A stretch of 64,000 bases of DNA from NCBI GenBank assembly GCA_026023565.1, contig JAPETS010000020.1, positions 310,001 to 374,000 of the forward strand, read 5' to 3'. The notes beneath the pieces are model-generated. The model had not been told where the DNA came from. It ran no database searches and was given only the letters and a program-made list of their open reading frames with translations. This stretch comes from Cirrosporium novae-zelandiae (taxonomy: Eukaryota). Shown in pieces: positions 36,141 to 48,779 of this stretch. A program made the translations under genes and the position numbers. Position 1 is the stretch's first letter. Each line of letters starts with the position of its first letter.

Positions 36141-38076
36141 CCATCGATGCAGCAATCAAGTGACCCCGCCGTTGGTCAGTTGCTTGAACGCCTTGACCCA
36201 CAGCAAAATGTAGTTTTTTGTGTAAGACTCAACGTTCCCTTCAGCCCAGCCCTTAATCTCAAATTGCTTTTGACCACCACTTTACACCCTGCATCCAATG
36301 GAACTCGCATCTGCCTGCTCAAACAAATAGCAGCATTAAGGAACACAGTCAGGCCTGGCGGCGAAACGCCTGATGCTTCATTGCCAGCCATGGACCGCCA
36401 GATTCGGTCGATCATTGATCTGCTGCTGGTGGTGGTGAAGAGACTGAAATTAAAAAGAAGTTCGGCAGTGGCGTTGATCCAGTGGGTCTTGACGTTTGAA
36501 AATGTACTCGAGTAGACATGATCCAAGAGCTCAAGCCGCCAGTTGCGGGCATGGTTGGAGTATGCGGATACACACTTTAGGATCTCCTCAGATATATGAC
36601 AACTGCATATCGTATTGTGTGCCGTCTCGACGACATGTTTCAATTTCGCATTTCCAATTTCCAGCCTGAAGTGAATGCATGGGCAAGCCCGCCTTTAATA
36701 GGAGGGGCTCAACGTGACCCTGGCTCGAGGCTCGAGGGCAAACAAACCCTCATGTTGACCTGGTGTGGAAATTTACGACGTGCATCTATGTTATTTCAAA
36801 GTCATTTACGTGATACTTCGGACCATCATCTTCCAGCTGTCGGGTACAGAATCCAAAGTTGAGGTGCAAATTATAACGGATTGGCAGGAATCAGATCTGC
36901 TGTGCATCCTAAAAATATCCAGCGAGATTAGTTAGACTGCATCAGCTACTTTACTTGCAGCTGGGTCAAGTGCTGACGGATGGCTGCAGTGCAATAATCT
37001 CCGCCATTGCTGTGACTCGCTGTGAATCGCTCTGAAGAAGAGGATGCTCGCACGTCAGACAAGCTTAATCCTGTCAGCAAGACTGGCGATATTGGGCGGG
37101 GGGGGTTCTACGCATGGTTTGCTGGCTGGTAGGCTTTGCCCACCTCAGCCATATTTGAACCATGAATAGAAGGATAGGGCAGGGATAAACAATAAACTAA
37201 CAGCTCGCTCGGCAGCGGTGGAGTAATCTGACGAATGAGCAAAGTCAGTAACAAAAAGACTTTTTTCTTTTTTTGGTTAGATTTCTTGGGTCCTTGGCCC
37301 TGGTTGACATTTTCTGACATTTTGATTCACAAGAAGCTTTTTGATGTTTTTACGTTAATTAACCACGGGAGAATTTACAACCTCTTGAATACGAAATTCC
37401 AAGTTTAGTGTCGTCTCTCCATATCAAGTGGATCTTTGTAGTCAAGTCTCGGCACTGTTAAGCTTATTTTCTTCGGCGACCGACATGACGCTAATCTCAA
37501 CTTCAACATCAGACACTCTCACATTCACACATCACGTTCACTTGACTTTTTCAGCGGAGGTACGACAGTACGAAAGTACGAAAGTACGAGCTGTTGCTTG
37601 AACGAGATCTGCAGGTCTTCCATTTCCCGTTGTTTCTGTCCAGCTTCCCGGTGCTGTGCCTCCTCCCTTTACTTTCTACTTCCTTATTCGGTACCCCCCC
37701 CCAATTCCCTTCTTCCTACAGGCCCGAACCATGCTGGAAATCATTTGCATCCTTCGCTTAATCTCCCACGAGCATAGCCATCAGCCATCCATCTTTTTTT
37801 CCCACCTGCAGAGAGGGGACGACATGCCGCTAATGCTAAGAAAAAAATATACCCACAGTCAAACCTGCTTGGCCTCAATAGTCTCGACTAGCCTCTGGGG
37901 TGGTCCCGTTTGTTCTCTCCACTCGCGATGATGACACGCCGGTTTTGTTGCTATTGTCGGCACTTCGGCCTCAATTGGACATCCTCTCCCCTGTCGATCT
38001 TCCTACTATATATACTGCCTATGCGCTTGGTGACAATGAGGACACAGCGCTTGTTTACTTTCCATATCTTGTCACC

Positions 38077-40010
38077 ATGCTTCCTCTCATTCTTTTGATT
38101 GTGGGCCTTGCCTCTCTCTCGTTCGCAAAAACAGTTGAATATAATTGGAATATTGGTTTTGTTACCGCTGCTCCCGATGGTTATTCGAGGCGCGTCATTG
38201 GAATCAATGGCCAATGGCCATGTCCGCAGATTGATGTTGATGAAGGCGACCGCGTGATTGTTCATGTTTGCAATGAGCTTGGCAATCAATCCACCAGTCT
38301 TCACTGGCATGGCATCCATCAGACCGGCTCCACCCATATGGATGGAGCTTCAGGTACTAGCCAATGTCCTATTGCCCCAGGACAGTCCTTCACTTATGAT
38401 TTTTTGGTATGTATACCAACAGCCTGTTGCTTGCGTGCAAGGTATTGATCCCTTCTGTAGGCGGAGAAAGCTGGTACCTATTGGTATCACTCCCACAACT
38501 TGGGCCAATTTCCTGATGGCCTGTGGGGACCACTGATCGTTCACGACCCTAACCCTCCCTTTTATTTTGACGAAGAGATTACCCTCACCTTATTTGACTG
38601 GTATCACGAGGAAATGCCATACCTCATCAATACCTACGAGTCCCAATCCGGCATAGCTGCGGATGGAACCCCGACACCCTCCGGTGGAGCGCTCATGAAT
38701 GCAGGAAAGAATATCTCGATTTATGTGAAGCCCAACAAGACTTATTTTATCCACGTCGTTTGCCCTGGTAACTATCCGGGACACGCTTGGTTCTTTGATC
38801 AACATCCGCAAACGACTGTTGAAATTGACGGCGTCTATACGCAACCAACTCAGGTGAACAACGGATCCATGCAAGTTCGCATTGCTCCGGGACAGCGGCA
38901 AGGAGTTCTCATCCATACCAAGAATGATACTAGCACGAATTACGCAATCTTCGATACCATGGATGTCAACATGCTGTTCATTAACAAAGGCATGTCGCCT
39001 CCGTCAAATTATAACACCAACGTAACGGGGTGGCTGGTTTATAACGACAGCGCGCCGCTCCCCCCTCCTCCGATATTGTACTCGCTGGATAACTCCGACT
39101 TTTATGACGATCTTGATTATATCCCGTTGGACGAGGAACCGATTCTTGAGCCAGTCGACCATCAAATCATTCTTGACACCAATTCCGCGAATATTAGTGG
39201 AATCTCCAGGTACGCTTCCAGCATGTTTTGCTCTTATCACCACTTCACTAATCGTATGTGCCAGATTCACTGTTAATAATGTCACATTCCTGGGGCAGCA
39301 GGTCCCGTCTCTCTACAGCGCCCTGAGCCTCGGGGAGAACTATTCTACAAACCCTCTCATTTATGGCCAGGTCAATCCTCTTGTCGTCAAGCATAACGAC
39401 ATTGTCGAAATTGTGATTAACAATCTCAACACCAATCTACACCCATGGCATCTGCACGGGCATCAGTTCCAGGTTTTGGAAAGAACGGCGCCAAAAACTG
39501 GATCGTGGCCGGGTTACTACTCAAATCATTCTCAAACTCCAGCCAGGCGAGACACAATTATGCTTCAGGACGAAGCTTGGGCAGTGATTCGATTTAGGGC
39601 TGACAATCCGGGGTTCTGGGCTTTGCATTGCCACATTGAATTCCATGTCATGTCTGGATTCATGGCCACCATCATTGAAGCTCCCGAGCTTCTTAACATC
39701 ACACTGCCAGAAGATCATATCAATGCTTGCAAAACATATCCAATGAAGTATGAGGGCAATGCTGCTGGTAACGTCGAGGAGCCTCTGAATCTAACCGGTG
39801 CTGTTACCGAGGTTCCTACCGTGGAATGGGGGTATGTTCTTACCGATGACTTTCAAGTGTGAAATCTTTCTAACAATTCATAGTGCATTGTACCCTCCCA
39901 CCTCGAGTGTAGCCTCCAAGCGTAGTATAGCACGCCCCTTCTCTCCAAACCCCTATGCGAAGCGCCGATTAAGGCGCTCATACCCTCCTTCAAAACCATT
40001 CGACTACTAG
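38077..40010 (+). CDS. Secreted multicopper oxidase (AA1; Fet3/Abr1-like laccase-ferroxidase group)
   Basis: Signal peptide; all four copper motifs present (LHWHG, YWYHSH, HPWHLHGH, HCHIEFHVMSGF). Introns 38407-38460, 39210-39264, 39832-39883. Confidence 0.95.
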
Positions 40011-40906
40011 TCGCTTTGGTTTTCCGATCATGCGTCAAGATTTAACATGTCTTCCATTAGCTTGTTGAGCATGGGTAGGAATTAATATTGCATAGAAGTT
40101 GGAGGGGGTGTTGCCAGGGAGGTGGGGTGGTGCTAATAATACAAATAAGGGTAACATTCTTGTAAATAGTGTTGTCAAATTACCTTGAGAAGTTCATCTT
40201 CAAAGGAGATTGTTAAAGTTGTTATATATTTATTAGCATGGTACATTTTAGGTGTTTTTCAAAATTAAGGTCCAGGTGCCTTGCCTGTCGTTCAAAATCG
40301 CGATTTATCTTTAATATCTTTTTGCACTAGATTTTCCATTGGTTAGTTGTTTGGTGTTTTTAGAATTTTCAATAATACGAATCTCTCTTATGGCCTTTAG
40401 AATCTTCATGTTCATCGGTTTTGTCAATTCGGTGCGGCTGCTAGGTTGACTTGTAAGCGGGACGTTGGAAAACAAGCCTTTAACGCTCATTAGCAGAACA
40501 TTCCGAAGGTCATTGTCCTTACTTTTCTGCATCTTACCATGCTAATAGATGATTATTGATAAGTCACCAGGGATGGAAAATGCTCAGGTCATTGGATGCC
40601 TTGTTGGACGGCTGTTCGCTGTCGGTTGGTTCATCGGTCATAACGGCTTTCCCAGATAAGAGCCCATCGTTCTCAATTCAAGAGGAGAAGCAGAGGTTTC
40701 GACGGACATCCCCACTCTCGATCAATGAATCCGATTCATTCTACACATCAATCTTTACCGAGAATATGGTGAGGGGTATGGAACCTCCAGCATCAAATAC
40801 TTGGGATGTGCTCTTTTCATATCAAGATCTTACCGCTGCAGCCAGGCTCACAAACAGCAGGAGTCTTGAACGAGGACTGCACATATTCGATTCTACATGA
40901 CAGCCG

Positions 40907-42546
40907 ATGGCCATGGTCCTGCCGAATGAGAAGAACGAAAACACCTCTGGATCTTCCGCGGAATTATCTGGCTTAGAGGACTCTACATATTCCCTAAATA
41001 TTAATAAACCCCCTGCGAACGTATGGGATGTGGAAAGGTTGGGGCCAGCCACTGATGGGATGGTTCCAATTGACAAAGCCGCAAAAGAAAATACCGACGA
41101 AGAGCAATGTTCTGATGCCAAGTCGAGGATCGTAACCGATGCTGATGGAAACACTTATCCTGAAGGTGGACCACAAGCCTGGCTTGTGGTCTTTGGCGCT
41201 TTCTGTGCTTTGACTTCGAGCTTTGGAATATTGAATATTCTCGGCACGTTCCAAGCCTACCTCAGCGAGAACCAATTGCGAAACTATGATGAAGGCAAAA
41301 TTGGGTGGATATCTGGGGTCTTTTCCTTTCTGACGTTCGTTGCCAGTTTCCCACTAGGTCCAGTGTTTGATAAATATGGACCTCGATGGTTGATATTCAT
41401 TGGAAGCATTCTACTCATACTCAGTGTCATGCTGCTTGGAGTCTTTACTAGTATGTCTCTCCTTCGAAGATGTGCAAATATCGGTGCTAACTGATACTCT
41501 GTAGAGTACTGGCATTTTATGCTCGGGTTTGGCATCCTTGGGGGCCTTGGAGCTTCACTCCTCTTCACGCCATCAATCTCAGCAATAGCACATTGGTTTC
41601 TGATAAGAAGAGGTCATGCAACAGGCCTTGCTGCCCTTGGCCCCTCTGTTGGCGGTATGACCCACTCATACCAATATATAATACTATCAGAGTGTCTGAG
41701 CAATAAAAGCTGATGATCTCAGGTATTGTTTGGCCTTTGATGCTGCAACAACTCTTCACAAAACTTAGCTTCGCATGGAGTACGCGGATTCTGGGATTCT
41801 GCCTTCTTTTCCTCTGCATCCTCGCCAATCTTTTGATCCGCTCTAGACTCCCTCCCCGTATGGGTGCTAGCGTATGGCCCGATCTTCGGGTTTTTAGAGA
41901 TCGCACCTTTACCTTGCTGGTCCTAGGTATTTTCTTCATGGACTGGGGTCTCTTCATCCCTACCACCTATATTTCCTCCTACGCCTTATCTCAGCCCAAT
42001 ACTTCGACCGCATTCTCCTACCAGGTCCTCGCCTTCCTTTACGCAGGATCCTGCCTTGGGAGATGGCTTGCAGGCTACATAGCAGACAGGGTTGGACGCT
42101 TTAATACCCAGATCTTAGCGCTAGGGGCATGTGCAATCGTCAATTTTGCACTCTGGCTTCCAGCCGGTGACAGTGTCCCCATGATCTGTCTATTTGCTGT
42201 TGTCTTTGGTTTCACCAGTGGTAGCAATGTTAGCTTGACACCCGTATGTGTTGGCCAGCTATGCAAGACGGAGGAATATGGAAGATATTATGCGACCTGT
42301 TATTCCCTGGTTGCCTTTTCGTAAGTCTATTATGCTTTACCTTATAGTCATCTTCGGTACACTAAAATAAATTTCATTTTTAGAGCTCTCACAGGAATAC
42401 CAATTACGGGGTCTCTCATTACGGCCTGTAATGGGAGCTATTGGGGTCTCATTGTTTGGACAGGCCTATCCTATGTTATCGCTGCAGTACTGGTGGCCTC
42501 TGCACGTGTCAGAAAAGTTGGATTTGGTCTCAAGACAGTCTACTAA
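40907..42546 (+). CDS. MFS monocarboxylate-porter family transporter (Mch4/Mch5-like)
   Basis: [62 protein letters not shown]; three introns; TAA at 42544-42546. Confidence 0.9.
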
Positions 42547-43044
42547 GACATCCGCATTTTATAACGATACTAGAGAGTAGACGGCAAGGTGTTCTTGTTG
42601 GTTAGGGACATGAAAGCTTTGAACTTTTTCTTTGTCTTTTTCTTTTTCTTCTTTAAAAAATGACAAAACGTAACTACCTAGGTATCTGCCTTTGTATTTT
42701 ATACCCTGTGTTGCGGGTACTGTATAATTGGAAGCCCGACAATAATTACTCGTGATATCATTGGCCGACCCCGCTATCAGGCTATCAGCCCAGATAGGCT
42801 AAGCGCAGATATCGGTATTTCAGGCTATTTAACAACATTAACCCGAGCCTTAATCGTTGGCCATACGTTATACTATCCCACCGGAAATTCACATTCGAGG
42901 ACATGCCAACACGCATCATGTATGAGCTAATGGCTATTCTCCACCCCCAAATGATCAATTTTATGATTTAAACAGGTAAGAGTCTCCTCACAATCTACCA
43001 CAGTCGGGTCTATTATTCGATTGCTTCATTGAAGACATTCTAAG

Positions 43045-45091
43045 ATGCTTTCTGCCAAGGACAACCGCCTTATATTCCATTACGACGCCGAAGACGTTTG
43101 GATTGAGCCATGGGGTGAAAATGCACTACGAGTACGGGCTACAAAGGTGCAACATGGTATGCCCAAGGAAGACTGGGCTTTGCAGGCACCAACCCCCACC
43201 AAAGCAGACATTACTGTTGGAGAGAAGGAAGCCTCTATTGTGAATGGGAAGATCAAGGCTATTATCACTGCTGCTGGAAAAATAACAGTCTACAACTCCA
43301 AGGGAGAGCTTCTACTGGAGGAATATGCTCGTCATCGGAATGATGTCCGTGACCCAAAATGTAGTGCCCTGCTGGTGGAAGCAAGAGAGTTCAAACCAAT
43401 ACCCGGCGGGGATTACCATCTTACATTGAGATTGGAGTCGGTAGATAAAAACGAGAAAATCTACGGCATGGGCCAATATCAACAGCCATATCTCGACCTG
43501 AAAGGTCTCGATCTTGAACTAGCACAACGGAATTCTCAAGCCTCGGTGCCATTTGCCTTGTCTTCGCTCGGTTACGGTCTCCTATGGAACAACCCTGGAA
43601 TTGGCCGGGCCGTTTTTGGAAAGAATATCATGAGCTTTGAAGCTTACTCTACACAAAAACTTGATTACTGGGTAGTCGCCGGCGATTCTCCTGCAGAAAT
43701 TGAAGAGGCGTATGCCAAAGCAACGGGCACTGTCCCCATGATGCCAGAATATGGTCTGGGTTTTTGGCAGTGTAAGCTGCGGTATCAAACCCAGGAAGAG
43801 CTGCTCTCTGTTGCACGCGAGTACAAGAAGCGGAACCTTCCCATCGATCTCATTGTGATAGACTTTTTCCACTGGCCTAAGCAAGGTGAATGGAAGTTTG
43901 ATCCAACGTACTGGCCCGATCCAGGTGAGCTTTGAATATGACCACCTAGTGTAGCTAGCTTATATGTTGACATCAATTTTAGACGCCATGGTCAAAGAAC
44001 TCAAAGAAATGAAGATAGAACTGATGGTCTCCATCTGGCCCACAGTGGATATCGAATCGGAAAACTACAAAGAAATGGTTGAAAAGGGATACTTGATCCG
44101 CAACGACCGCGGCATCCGCGTAGCCATGGACTTTCAAGGAGAAACAGTGCACTTTGATGCGACTAACCCCGAGTCCCGTGCATACGTCTGGGACAAAGCA
44201 AACAAGAACTACTACTCCAAAGGCATCAAAGTCTTCTGGCTCGACGAAGCCGAACCTGAATACAGCGTCTACGACTTCGACAACTACCGCTATTGGCTCG
44301 GCAGCAATCTTCAAATCGGAAATATCTACCCCCTCGAGTACGCCCGCACGTTCTATGAAGGCATGACAGCCGCGGGCCAGACCAACATCGTCAACCTGCT
44401 CCGCTGCGCGTGGGCCGGCAGCCAGAAATTCGGCGCCCTCGTCTGGAGCGGCGACATCGCATCGTCATGGTCTAGCCTCCGAAACCAGGTCGCCGCAGGC
44501 CTGAACATGGGTATCGCAGGGATTCCCTGGTGGACAACCGACATCGGCGGCTTCCACGGCGGCGACCCCACCGACGAAGCCTTCCGAGAACTATTCGTCC
44601 GCTGGTTCCAGTGGGGCGCTTTCTGTCCCGTCATGCGCCTCCACGGCGATCGGGAGCCACAACAACCACAACACGGAACCACCGGCGGAGCTACATGCCT
44701 CTCCGGCGCCTCCAACGAAGTATGGTCCTACGGCCCCACGGTCTATGAAATCTGCAAAAATTACATGCAGATCCGCGAGGAGCTCCGCGAGTATACCCGA
44801 TCCCTAATGAAAGAGGCGCACGAGAAGGGAACTCCGGTTATCAGACCGCTGTTCTATAACTTCCCTGCGGATGAGAGGGCTTGGACGGTGGAGACTGAAT
44901 ACATGTACGGTCATCAGTACCTGTGCTGTCCGGTGCTGTATCCGGGAATAAGAGAGATGAAGGTGTATTTGCCGAAGGGGGCACGGTGGAAGGAATTTAG
45001 GGGAGGGGAGGAGGGAAATGAATATGATGGTGGACAAACTGTGTTGGTGAAATGTCCGCTTGAGTTGATGCCTGTGTTTGTGAAGCTGTGA
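43045..45091 (+). CDS. Glycoside hydrolase family 31 (alpha-xylosidase/alpha-glucosidase), no signal peptide
   Basis: YGMGQ, GFWQCKLRY, VIDFFHW, catalytic FWLDEAEP, WSGDI, WTTDIGGF, RWFQWG, MRLHG. Intron 43925-43982. Confidence 0.95.
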
Positions 45092-45119
45092 AGTGCCTTC
45101 TTTCTATTTTTCAAAATGC

Positions 45120-46142
45120 GAATTTCTATCTAGGAATTACCAAGTGCCCATATCTGATACACTCGACGAAAAGAAAATACGAACCCCGAAAACTCAATTG
45201 ATAACATAACAAATACAATACAGTACAGTACAGCCCCCCCAATCACCCATCCAATCACATTAACTATCTTGTTTAATCTTAATCAGATAACTAACCCACC
45301 ACCGGGGCCTGAGTACTTATTAGTAGGAGCACACGTACGTACACATACGTACACAGATATGTAGGAGAAGAGAAAAGAAGCACGATGCGGTGGTGGGCTT
45401 GCGGTGGGTTATAGCGTTGGTGGTGGTGGTGGGCACGCGGTGGGCTACGGGACATCCACCTTTACTTTCACTTTCACTTTCGCTTTTTATCCTTAATCTT
45501 TTATCCAGGGTGGTTAACCTCTACTCTCCTACTCTCCTACTCTACCCCCTACTACTACTCTAACTATTTACCACACACCCTTTTATATCTATCTATCTAC
45601 TTATCTACCTACTTAATTTAACTTACCAAAGGTACTAATTAGTTCTATTGGGGGGTTAGTTACCTAGTATAAAGTATAAATATAAAGTATAAATATAACA
45701 AAAAAAAAAAAACATCGGTGGGAATATATATATCTTATATCTTATATTTTATATCTACCAGAAAAAAACTAAAATCATTGGTTTTTTTTTTTTGTTAATT
45801 CTGGTGGTGGTGTGTGGGGAGGTTTGGATATATATAGTGATGAAATCTTTTTTTGGTTTGATTATTTTATTATTATTATTATTTGGGGGGGGGGTTGAAG
45901 GGTGAAGGGTGAAGGGGGTATTTTGGATAAAAGGGAGGGAGGGAGAAAAGGTGGATGTTTTTTTTTTTTGAGGATTTGGGGATTTGGTTAATCACTTCAC
46001 TTCGATTTGGTAGCTTTGTATTGTTTGTATTGGGATGGGGGTGGGTAGGTACGTAGATATGTATGTACATCTCGGCCGTAAAAGAAAGAAGACTAATAAC
46101 TATTCCTCCGCTACTCCCTCACTCACTCACCCACCCACTCAC
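45120..46142. repeat. Low-complexity tract between convergent GH31 and permease genes
   Basis: (CTACTCTC)n, (TTTCAC)n, (CACT)n and poly-A/T/G runs. Confidence 0.7.
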
Positions 46143-47780
46143 TCACTCCTCCTTAACCACCCTCCCCTCCCCCTCCGCATACGCATCAACAACACAACTC
46201 CTAAACTTCCTCGCCGGCACCCGCCTCGCAAACAACAAATCCAACTCCTCAAACGTCCGATCCTTCGTCTCCGGCAACCTCCAAAATGCCCACGCCAAAA
46301 ACACCAAACACGTGCCCGCCCAAAAGAACCCCGTCTTCCCATGCCAGTTGGCCTCTGTGGGGTTCACCATGTAAGGTTCGATGACGTTGCCCGTGATTTG
46401 GCAGATGTAGTAGGAGATGCGGGAGAGGCAGACGGATTTGTTTCGGAGGCGGGTAGCAGAGACTTCGGAAATTATGGCGTAGCAGACGGGTCCCACGGTT
46501 AGGTAGTAGACTAGGAGCCAGAGGAGCACGAAGCCCGCTTGGCAGTAGCTGCTCGTGGTGCCGTTGCCGGCTCCCGCGGAGACGCAGCCGACGATGAGCA
46601 TGCAGAAAAAAAGGATTGCGAGACCCCAGACGTAGATGGTGCGCCGGCCGATGCGGTTTAGGAAGAACCAGGAGATGATGGTGCCGATGGAGGCGAGGCC
46701 TAGGCCGCCCAGGTTGAATTTGAAGGCGTTGGAGTCGGAGAGGCCGGCTTGTTCGAAGAAGTAGACGGGTGTGCCGCCCAGGGAGGAACCGCACCATACC
46801 TGGGCTGCGAAGGTGAGGCAGGCAATTTCGGTGCGGCGGAGGTCGGTGCCTTTGAAGCAGTCGAGGTAGCTGGTCCCTGTTTCGGTTTCTAGCTCGATCG
46901 AGTTCGTGTGCACCATCATTGCAACGGTGTGTTTTGCGTCGAGGGCGCTGAGCGAGGACGAAAGGCGCCGCAAAGACCTTTCGGCCGCCTCTAGCTGGTT
47001 TGTCCGCACCAGCCACCAGGGGGACTCGGGTGCAAACCAGAAGAGGCAGAGTAACGGTAGCGGGAAGCACCACTGCACAGCGAACGGGATGCGATATGCC
47101 CACTGGTCTTTGCGGTTTACGAGCCCCTCCATCACCCCTGCGGCCATCAGCTGCCCAAACGCCCAACATAGATTCACATACACGGTTAGATACCCTCTTA
47201 GCACCATGGGACACACCTCGGACGCATATGCAGGCGCCATGGTTGCAAACACCCCCCACGGAAGCCCACATAGGATCAACCCTACCAGCAACAAAGTCGT
47301 CGACGTCGCAAAAAACAAAAAGAAAATAAACGCCGTGATCATGACCATCGATACCAGCAGCACCCGTCGGTAGCCCCACTTATGCGTCAGGTACCCGTTA
47401 ATGAACGCCCCAAATACCGCCCCGATGGTCGGCGCCGCCCCTAGCGCGGATTGCCACGCACCCGAGAGTTGCCACCCTCCTGATTCGGTATACGTCCCGT
47501 ACCGCTTTGCAAAGGCCTCCTGCGCGTACAGCGAGTTCACGAGTACGATGTCGTAGCCTTCCATGATGATGGAGGTGGACACTAGCACCGACCAGAAGAT
47601 TGCCAGCTTGTGGGTTTTGAAGGCCTCCTTGAGCGTGAGCGTGTGCTCCGCTGCGGCTGCTTCGCGCGCTTTCGTGTGCAAGTCATGGTTGTCTTTGGAG
47701 GTGATGGTTGAGAAGGCTTCGATGTCGATGGTTTCGAGGTGGGAGGGGAGGGTCTTTTCTTCTTGCTCTTGATCCTTCAT
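46143..47780 (-). CDS. Maltose / alpha-glucoside permease (sugar porter MFS)
   Basis: IIMEGYD, CGLPWGVF, AYASEVCP, YLTVYVNLCW, WAYRIPFAVQW, PESPWWL, RRTEIAC, PETKDRTFEELD, VPARKF. Probable ATG at 47780 (MKDQE); intronless. Confidence 0.93.
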   Translation of the reverse strand: MKDQEQEEKTLPSHLETIDIEAFSTITSKDNHDLHTKAREAAAAEHTLTLKEAFKTHKLAIFWSVLVSTSIIMEGYDIVLVNSLYAQEAFAKRYGTYTESGGWQLSGAWQSALGAAPTIGAVFGAFINGYLTHKWGYRRVLLVSMVMITAFIFFLFFATSTTLLLVGLILCGLPWGVFATMAPAYASEVCPMVLRGYLTVYVNLCWAFGQLMAAGVMEGLVNRKDQWAYRIPFAVQWCFPLPLLCLFWFAPESPWWLVRTNQLEAAERSLRRLSSSLSALDAKHTVAMMVHTNSIELETETGTSYLDCFKGTDLRRTEIACLTFAAQVWCGSSLGGTPVYFFEQAGLSDSNAFKFNLGGLGLASIGTIISWFFLNRIGRRTIYVWGLAILFFCMLIVGCVSAGAGNGTTSSYCQAGFVLLWLLVYYLTVGPVCYAIISEVSATRLRNKSVCLSRISYYICQITGNVIEPYMVNPTEANWHGKTGFFWAGTCLVFLAWAFWRLPETKDRTFEELDLLFARRVPARKFRSCVVDAYAEGEGRVVKEE

Positions 47781-48729
47781 GGTTTGGTGCTTGGTGAAGG
47801 TGCCGGGGGCTAGAGTAAGTGCGTAAATATTTTTTGAAGATGAGTAAACAAGTAGCTTAAGTCGAGTAATCGTCAATTGTTCGATTGATCATAACAAAAA
47901 ACAATTCTTCCTCGAAAAGAGATGAGAGAAAGAGAGGACAATCCATCTTCTAAATAGTTCTCGACGGGCAAGGCCGGTATGAAGAGAATTCCAAAAATCC
48001 CCCATCATCATCTAGTTTCTTTTCCGTATCTTGTCTTTTAGCCTAGTACGGACTCTCCCACATCTGGGGAATTATCATGGGATCTAATTGTTTTTCAAAT
48101 TTACCCCAGATTTTACCCCGGACATCATGGGTCATCCATGTTTCTTTTTGTTCTGCCCTGTGCTTTTTTATGGGTCCTCGCAAAAGTCCGGAGAAGGTTG
48201 TTCGTTGTGTGTGGGTTGAGGAGGTGGGGAAGAGTGTGGGATAGGGCCTTTTTTTGCTAATTAGTTCAAGAGTCCGGTGGGATATCTAGTAACTATTAGT
48301 TAGATTAATTACGACTTCCCTCCTTTGCTCTCCCGGTGGAATTCCGTCGTCCACCGCAAACTATCTTCCAACTTTTGTGTTCGGCGAATGTTGGTCTAAT
48401 CGGTATCTGGCAATATAGCCAAAGTCGTCACTTTTTTGAAACCATTATTATCCTTTAACGATATCATTGGTATGGCTTGTACGTATGGGGGGTGTTTTGT
48501 GTAGATCTGTACTGACTGCCTCGCAGGGTTTTAAGACCCGGTCCTGTTTTGGCAGTACCAATGTAATATGTATGTATGCCTTGTATTCTTTCATCCGTCA
48601 CAATCATGGTAACGGGTTTACGCTTATAAGCAGCTGTGAGATATAAGAAGGATGGTTATCTACATAGTAATGCAACGAAGTTGTGTCTATAGCCCTATAA
48701 AGGGGCCGTGCTCTATCTATAGTCTAATA

Positions 48730-48779
48730 CAAACTAGACAAACTAAGCAAACTAGACAAATTAAGCAAACTAAACAAAT
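48730..48779 (+). repeat. Degenerate 9-bp tandem repeat (CAAACTAGA/CAAACTAAG)
   Basis: caaactaga caaactaag caaactaga caaattaag caaactaaa. Confidence 0.7.

Noticed and set aside
35964..36643. Overlapping 183 aa (+) and 155 aa (-) ORFs
   Set aside because: The + ORF is partly a microsatellite translation (poly-N, QTTKQPNN) and neither has recognisable motifs. A degenerate gene cannot be excluded but is unsupported.
46249..47379. 376 aa alternative-frame ORF overlapping the permease
   Set aside because: Arg/Pro/His-rich shadow ORF caused by GC-rich codon usage of the real gene; no recognisable motifs.
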